Shown here: positions 59,357-64,000 of the stretch, piece after piece | How the letters are laid out: every line of letters begins with the position of its first letter | Position numbering within the stretch: the first letter of the stretch is position 1 | Assembly (NCBI GenBank): GCA_002840985.1 | Contig: PHDM01000007.1 | Coordinates: 787-64,786, forward strand | DNA: 64,000 nucleotides | Reading direction: 5' to 3' | Source: Bacteroidetes bacterium HGW-Bacteroidetes-17 | GTDB taxonomy: Bacteria; Bacteroidota; Bacteroidia; Bacteroidales; GCA-2711565 | The notes under the pieces: generated by a model | Databases searched by the model: none | What the model saw: the letters and a program-made list of their open reading frames with translations, nothing else | What the model was told of the DNA's origin: nothing | Made by a program: the position numbers and the translations under genes

Positions 59357-60085
59357 ATGCTGGGAATTATGAAAATCGTACCAAAAAAAGCGGGCTTGCT
59401 GATGCTGATACTTCTTGTTCAACAAATCAGCCTTGTATTTTCTTATTCAGCAGAAAAATCCAATTTAGTGATTGGCAGAAATGTGTTCAACTCCCTTCCA
59501 TTATTTGTAGCTACAAATATTGACGGAATAAAAAGCTATGCCCTGAACTCTTATTTTCAGGATGACATTGAAAGATGGAAAGTGCGTACGTCAAATATTC
59601 CTGCCAAAATTATGACAGAAGGTCTGAGATCAGATAAGTTTTTGGCCTATTATTTAAGCATGAATAATGCCAGGATAAATAATGACGAGGCCTTAGATTT
59701 GGCACAAATTTACATTGAAGAATCAAAACAAGAAGGCGTGAATCATGATATTGCTTTTGCACAAATGTGCCATGAAACTGGTTTTTTAAAATACACGGGA
59801 AGTGTTAAACCAGGTCAGAATAATTTTTGTGGTTTGGGTGCTTCCAATGAATTTGAAAGTGGTGATGAGTTTATTTCCGTGCGTATTGGAATTCGTGCAC
59901 ATATCCAGCATTTAAAAGCCTATGCCGACCAAAAAGAGATTATGACCGAATTGGTTGATACGCGTTTCAGGTTCATTAAAAGGGGTTCGGCTCAAACGGT
60001 GCAGGAGTTAACAGGTAAGTGGGCCCAGGATACTCAGTATAATTCTAAAATTGATCGCCTTTTAAAAGATTTGTATTCACTTTAG
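59357..60085 (+). CDS. Glucosaminidase (GH73-like, mannosyl-glycoprotein endo-beta-N-acetylglucosaminidase) domain protein
   Basis: 242 aa. Signal/TM segment, 'AFAQMCHETGFLKY' (putative catalytic Glu), 'NNFCGLGA'. Confidence 0.65.
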   Translation: MLGIMKIVPKKAGLLMLILLVQQISLVFSYSAEKSNLVIGRNVFNSLPLFVATNIDGIKSYALNSYFQDDIERWKVRTSNIPAKIMTEGLRSDKFLAYYLSMNNARINNDEALDLAQIYIEESKQEGVNHDIAFAQMCHETGFLKYTGSVKPGQNNFCGLGASNEFESGDEFISVRIGIRAHIQHLKAYADQKEIMTELVDTRFRFIKRGSAQTVQELTGKWAQDTQYNSKIDRLLKDLYSL

Positions 60086-60148
60086 GATACGTTTTTACAC
60101 CTCATACCCATGTATTATTATTAGTTTTGCTACCTAAGATAAATCACC

Positions 60149-60637
60149 ATGTCGCAAGTTATTATTTCGTTGGGTAGTAATTTAGGAAATCGAGCTTTAC
60201 GGTTGAGTACGGCAATTTCAAAAATGCAAATAGATATAGGTGACATTCTATTTAAATCTTCCATATTTGAGTCCGAATCATGGGGTTTTAAATCAGAAAA
60301 TACTTTTTTGAATCAGGTGCTGAGTTTTCAAACTGAATTAATACCAGAAGAAATTCTTAAAATAGTTCTCAAAATTGAAAAGAATTTAGGCCGGATTCGA
60401 GTTTCAGATGCTTATGAGTCAAGAACAATTGATCTGGATATTTTATTTTTTGATGATAAAATAATCAATAAAGAAGCACTACAGATACCCCATCCAAGAA
60501 TTCAGGAGCGAAAATTTATCTTAGTTCCTCTCAATGAAATCTTGCCGGAATTCGTTCATCCCATCTCCAGAAAATCAATTCGCAAATTGTTGGATGAATG
60601 CCAGGATAAATTGTGGGTAAAAAAGTTTATCCCTTAG
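60149..60637 (+). CDS. folK: 2-amino-4-hydroxy-6-hydroxymethyldihydropteridine diphosphokinase (HPPK)
   Basis: 162 aa. 'ISLGSNLGN', 'RTIDLDILFF', 'LQIPHPRIQERKFILVPL'. Confidence 0.92.
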   Translation: MSQVIISLGSNLGNRALRLSTAISKMQIDIGDILFKSSIFESESWGFKSENTFLNQVLSFQTELIPEEILKIVLKIEKNLGRIRVSDAYESRTIDLDILFFDDKIINKEALQIPHPRIQERKFILVPLNEILPEFVHPISRKSIRKLLDECQDKLWVKKFIP

Positions 60638-60673
60638 CAATAGGGATTCATTTATCTCTTATTTTTGTTATAG

Positions 60674-61309
60674 ATGAGATATAATTATGTTGTCATTGAA
60701 GGAACGATAGGGGCTGGGAAAACTTCCCTGGCAACTCGAATTTCCGAGCAATATAATGCCCGACTGATTTTAGAACAGTTCGAGGATAATTCATTTTTGC
60801 CAAAATTTTATCTGGAGCCTGATAAGTATGCGTTCCCGTTGGAAATGTCATTTTTAGCCTCCCGATTTCAGCAATTGAAGGATCAGTTATCAACGCAGGA
60901 TTTGTTTAAGTCATTCACTATTTCCGATTACTTTATCAATAAATCCCTCATTTTTGCAGGCAAAACCCTGCAAAAGGATGAATTGGCTTTATATTCAAGG
61001 TTCTTTAATATCATCAATGCATCCTTACCCAAACCTGATTTGTTGGTTTACTTATATCTGGATGTTGAGAATCTGAAGAAAAACATAGTAAAACGAGGTA
61101 GATCGTACGAGTTGGAGATTGAAAATAATTATTTGGAGAAAATACAAACGGGGTATTTTGAATATATCAGGCAACAAAGAGATATGCGGATTTTAATTAT
61201 CGACACCAACCACATCGATTTTGTAGAAAATGAATGTGATTATAATAAAATCCTGGAAATAATTAACCGGGAACACAAAAAGGGGATTCACCGATTTGTA
61301 CTAGAATAA
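60674..61309 (+). CDS. Deoxynucleoside kinase (dAK/dGK family), copy 2
   Basis: 211 aa. P-loop 'VVIEGTIGAGKTSL', 'ISDYF', and the 'RGRSYE' lid. Confidence 0.88.
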   Translation: MRYNYVVIEGTIGAGKTSLATRISEQYNARLILEQFEDNSFLPKFYLEPDKYAFPLEMSFLASRFQQLKDQLSTQDLFKSFTISDYFINKSLIFAGKTLQKDELALYSRFFNIINASLPKPDLLVYLYLDVENLKKNIVKRGRSYELEIENNYLEKIQTGYFEYIRQQRDMRILIIDTNHIDFVENECDYNKILEIINREHKKGIHRFVLE

Positions 61310-61343
61310 AAAAAGCGCCCTGAAAATTCAAGACGCTTTTTTT
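61308..61343. terminator. Bidirectional terminator between convergent genes
   Basis: A7, then hairpin gcgccctgaa-aa-ttcaagacgc (8 of 10 positions paired), then T7. Lies directly after the dNK stop codon. Confidence 0.6.
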
Positions 61344-61359
61344 ATTTGTTGTTTTGGTG

Positions 61360-63162
61360 CTATTTTACGAGAGTCTTAAATGCTTCTGAATTTCTGTAAT
61401 TCTGAAATTCACGGTCGTACATCGCCTGAGCTTTAAGTGCAGGGTTTAGTTCAAAAGCTTTCTTTAAATTTTCATAAACTTTGTTTGCATCATTGGTTCT
61501 GGCTCCAATTACAGCAATCAGGTAAGCTGCTTGACATGGCAGATCTTTTGTGCATTTCAAAGTTGCTTCAGCTTTTTGGTAGTCTTCTGCAAGTAATTGA
61601 GCTAAACCGGCATTATAGTCACAAGCATTTCCATCCAAAAGTTCAGCAGCTTTTTTGTAGTCACCTTTCACGATTTCCATTACACCAAGGTTGTAATTAT
61701 CAACTTCAACTCCTTGTTCTTGTGCTTTTGCAAAATATTCAGCAGCTTTTGTAAAATCACCTTGATATACGGCTAAAGCACCAAGGTTGGCGTTAATGGT
61801 TCCTTGATCGGGATACATTTCATGTGCGCTGTTCAATAATTCACCTGCTTTTGCATAATTGCCTTTTTGCATATAAATTATAGCAGCATTATTTTTAGAA
61901 ATCCAACATTTTGGGAATTTCTCGAATACTACTTCATAGATACCCAATTTTTGATCTTCTTCAGCATTTGCAGCTGCATATAAAAGTTCTTTTAATTCCA
62001 ATGAACCTGGATTGCTCAGTGCGGTTTCAGAAATTTCACTTTGACTTTTATAAGGTTCGATATAATTGATTGCCAAATCAGTTCTTCTGAGAGGAGCTAA
62101 AATTTCACGTACTCCGGCATATTTGTACATTGCACTTCTCAATGCCTGGTCCTTAGCAGTTTCGGTTGCAGCGTTGTTGATTGATTCAGCAATTACCTTT
62201 TTATCTTTAAGGTTAGATGCTTCAAGTGCATTTAAAAATCCATCCCAGTCAGAACCCCTGAAACTAAACAAGTATTCTAAGTCTTCTGATGGATTTGAGA
62301 AGCTAAAATTGCCACCTTCTTTTAATAATTGATCAAGTTTTTTGATTACTTCAGCATAGATAACATTAGCTCTGTCTTCAGATAGTTTATCATTCACGGC
62401 GATTCCTTCAGGAGATGCCCAACCATCAATACTAATCGTTTTGATTTTCCATCCTTCTTTTGAAAAGTCTGTTAGTTGATGGAATTTGGCTTCAGTATTT
62501 GCATTTTTATTAAGAGGTAAGTTCCAATTAACATCAAATTTGTTAACAGCGAAGTATACTACAGCATTTTTTGGGCTGATAACTTCTTGAGGTTCATATC
62601 CAAGATCGGCAGCTACTGTATACGCCATCTTTTTAAGGAGCCTTTCAGAAGTATAGATTACGCCTTTAGCTGCATAAACTTGACAAAGCTGATATGAACG
62701 TGGGTTGTCCATAATTTCGTCAATTGATGCGATGGTTCCTTCTTTACCTGAGTAAACGGTAGCTATAATATATAACTCCGACCAATTAAGTTTAGGATCA
62801 TACTTTATATTATCAGTATAAGTATAGGATCCACCTTCTTTGTGATTGATTGTAATGCCATCACCTGTAACATCTTCACCTTTAAGGGTAAGGGGTTTTA
62901 GCGGTGTAGTTCCATCTTTGTACCTGAATTCAGGTTGCATGTACATGGCAGCGCTTTTTGCAAAATATCCGCCCGGTATAACTATTTCAAATGAAACTTC
63001 TACCATTCCACCTTTTTCGGCAAATGTTGGGGATGTTGCAATTATATCAATTCTGTTAGATTGACGCCACATTCTGGCATTTTGACCATAAAATAAAACA
63101 GGGGTCAGAACCATAAACAAAGCAAGCAATGTTTTTAAAATAGACAGATAAAATTTTTTCAT
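61360..63162 (-). CDS. Secreted protein with an OmpA-C-like segment and C-terminal TPR repeats
   Basis: 600 aa. Signal peptide 'LALFMVLTPVLFYGQ'. 'IDGWASPEGIAVNDKLSEDRANVI' resembles the OmpA-like N..LS..RA motif. Repeated TPR-like 'Y.KA.E....A' units occupy the last ~200 aa. Confidence 0.55.
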   Translation of the reverse strand: MKKFYLSILKTLLALFMVLTPVLFYGQNARMWRQSNRIDIIATSPTFAEKGGMVEVSFEIVIPGGYFAKSAAMYMQPEFRYKDGTTPLKPLTLKGEDVTGDGITINHKEGGSYTYTDNIKYDPKLNWSELYIIATVYSGKEGTIASIDEIMDNPRSYQLCQVYAAKGVIYTSERLLKKMAYTVAADLGYEPQEVISPKNAVVYFAVNKFDVNWNLPLNKNANTEAKFHQLTDFSKEGWKIKTISIDGWASPEGIAVNDKLSEDRANVIYAEVIKKLDQLLKEGGNFSFSNPSEDLEYLFSFRGSDWDGFLNALEASNLKDKKVIAESINNAATETAKDQALRSAMYKYAGVREILAPLRRTDLAINYIEPYKSQSEISETALSNPGSLELKELLYAAANAEEDQKLGIYEVVFEKFPKCWISKNNAAIIYMQKGNYAKAGELLNSAHEMYPDQGTINANLGALAVYQGDFTKAAEYFAKAQEQGVEVDNYNLGVMEIVKGDYKKAAELLDGNACDYNAGLAQLLAEDYQKAEATLKCTKDLPCQAAYLIAVIGARTNDANKVYENLKKAFELNPALKAQAMYDREFQNYRNSEAFKTLVK

Positions 63163-63317
63163 AATTATTTATGTTAATTAATTGGTTGATTTCAGAGATT
63201 TAATACAAATATAAATTTTTTTATGGCACATTTCCAATTTATTGTGTCAATTTTTAATCATATGAAGACGAAATGCAATTAAATGAGCTATATAGAGTTA
63301 CCTTCATAGCTTGTTAT

Positions 63318-63875
63318 TTATAAGATTTGAGCTTGATTTGTTGACGTGAAATGAAGTTTGTTAAACAAGTTGTAAATAACAATTCCGGCGCAAACAGAGA
63401 TGTTCAGTGAATGTTTGGTGCCGAATTGGGGGAGTTCTATGCAACCATGGATGTCGTTTAAAATGGAATCGGATACTCCTTTGATCTCATTCCCAAAAAT
63501 CACGGCAATTTTATCCTGAGGGTTTATTTTAAGATCTTCAAGCAAAATACTATCATCTGCTTGTTCAATGGCATAGATTGTAAACCCTTGTTTTTTTAAC
63601 GAATTAACCGATTCGTTAATATCTTTGAAATAAACCCAGTCGACCGACTCTGTTGCACCTAAGGCAGTTTTCTGGATTTCGCGATGAGGAGGTGTGGCAG
63701 TAATGCCGCATAAGTGAATTTGCTGAACAAGATAAGCATCCGAAGTACGAAACACAGAACCAATATTCATCAAGCTTCGGATATCATCCAAAACAACAAC
63801 GAGGGTGATTTTATTGCTTGTTTTAAATTCCTCAATACTTATCCGATTTAATTCACTATTTAAAACTTTGCGCAT
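63318..63875 (-). CDS. SpoU/TrmH family RNA 2'-O-methyltransferase
   Basis: 185 aa. SPOUT motifs 'NIGSVFRTSDA', 'IFGNEIKGVS', 'IELPQFGTKHSLNISVCAGIVIY'. Confidence 0.85.
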   Translation of the reverse strand: MRKVLNSELNRISIEEFKTSNKITLVVVLDDIRSLMNIGSVFRTSDAYLVQQIHLCGITATPPHREIQKTALGATESVDWVYFKDINESVNSLKKQGFTIYAIEQADDSILLEDLKINPQDKIAVIFGNEIKGVSDSILNDIHGCIELPQFGTKHSLNISVCAGIVIYNLFNKLHFTSTNQAQIL

Positions 63876-64000
63876 TTAGTTGATTTTATGAAGAGGTAAA
63901 ATTACAAGTAAATTTTAAGCTAAGCTTTAACTTATCAAAAATCAATTTTAATTTTAACTTTGTTTTATAAGAACAAAACGTTTTGACTGATAAAAAAGAA

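Overview
This is a 64-kb AT-rich (GC roughly high-30s % by eye), densely coding chromosomal segment. Its gene content looks like Bacteroidota: a GldB-like lipoprotein, an HU/SPOR protein, a GH3-family protein, a long NagB fusion, PorT-like beta-barrel proteins, PFOR, and TAnnTTTG-type promoter boxes. I support about 48 protein genes. I saw no rRNA, tRNA, CRISPR array, integrase, transposase or phage genes. Coordinates 0.1-21 kb and 51-64 kb are mostly housekeeping genes (nadE, Fe-S carriers, trmB, kdsB, ispE, tgt, lptF/G-like, PFOR, sppA, folK, two deoxynucleoside kinases, two ECF-type sigma factors). Coordinates 29.9-51.1 kb form one same-strand ~21-kb catabolic island. It contains a Cys/Thr-type hydroxyproline dehydratase with two peptidases, followed by an N-glycan/glycopeptide set: NagB-PIG-L fusion, two MFS sugar permeases, a NahK-like anomeric kinase with a nucleotidyltransferase, GH2 LacZ, glycosylasparaginase, GH20, GH92 and a YiiX-like hydrolase. 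The island has no SusC/SusD genes and no regulator. The best candidates for undescribed biology are listed here. (1) A convergent cytoplasmic pair at 21.3-25.4 kb: a GH130-like enzyme fused to a complete response-regulator receiver domain, facing a GT4 glycosyltransferase fused to an (alpha/alpha)6-like domain, and preceded by a sigma factor and a GC-rich structured leader. (2) A secreted protein built from four ~135-aa repeats with a 'DGSHSYxxWN' motif that I cannot assign. (3) A degenerate 8-bp tandem array (TAAACACN) plus palindromes in the 500-bp region upstream of the catabolic island. (4) Several GC-rich, perfectly palindromic islands in otherwise AT-rich spacers. (5) A nonsense-interrupted four-helix-bundle gene flanked by an inverted repeat. 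All domain calls come from motif recognition by eye. No database search or folding computation was run.
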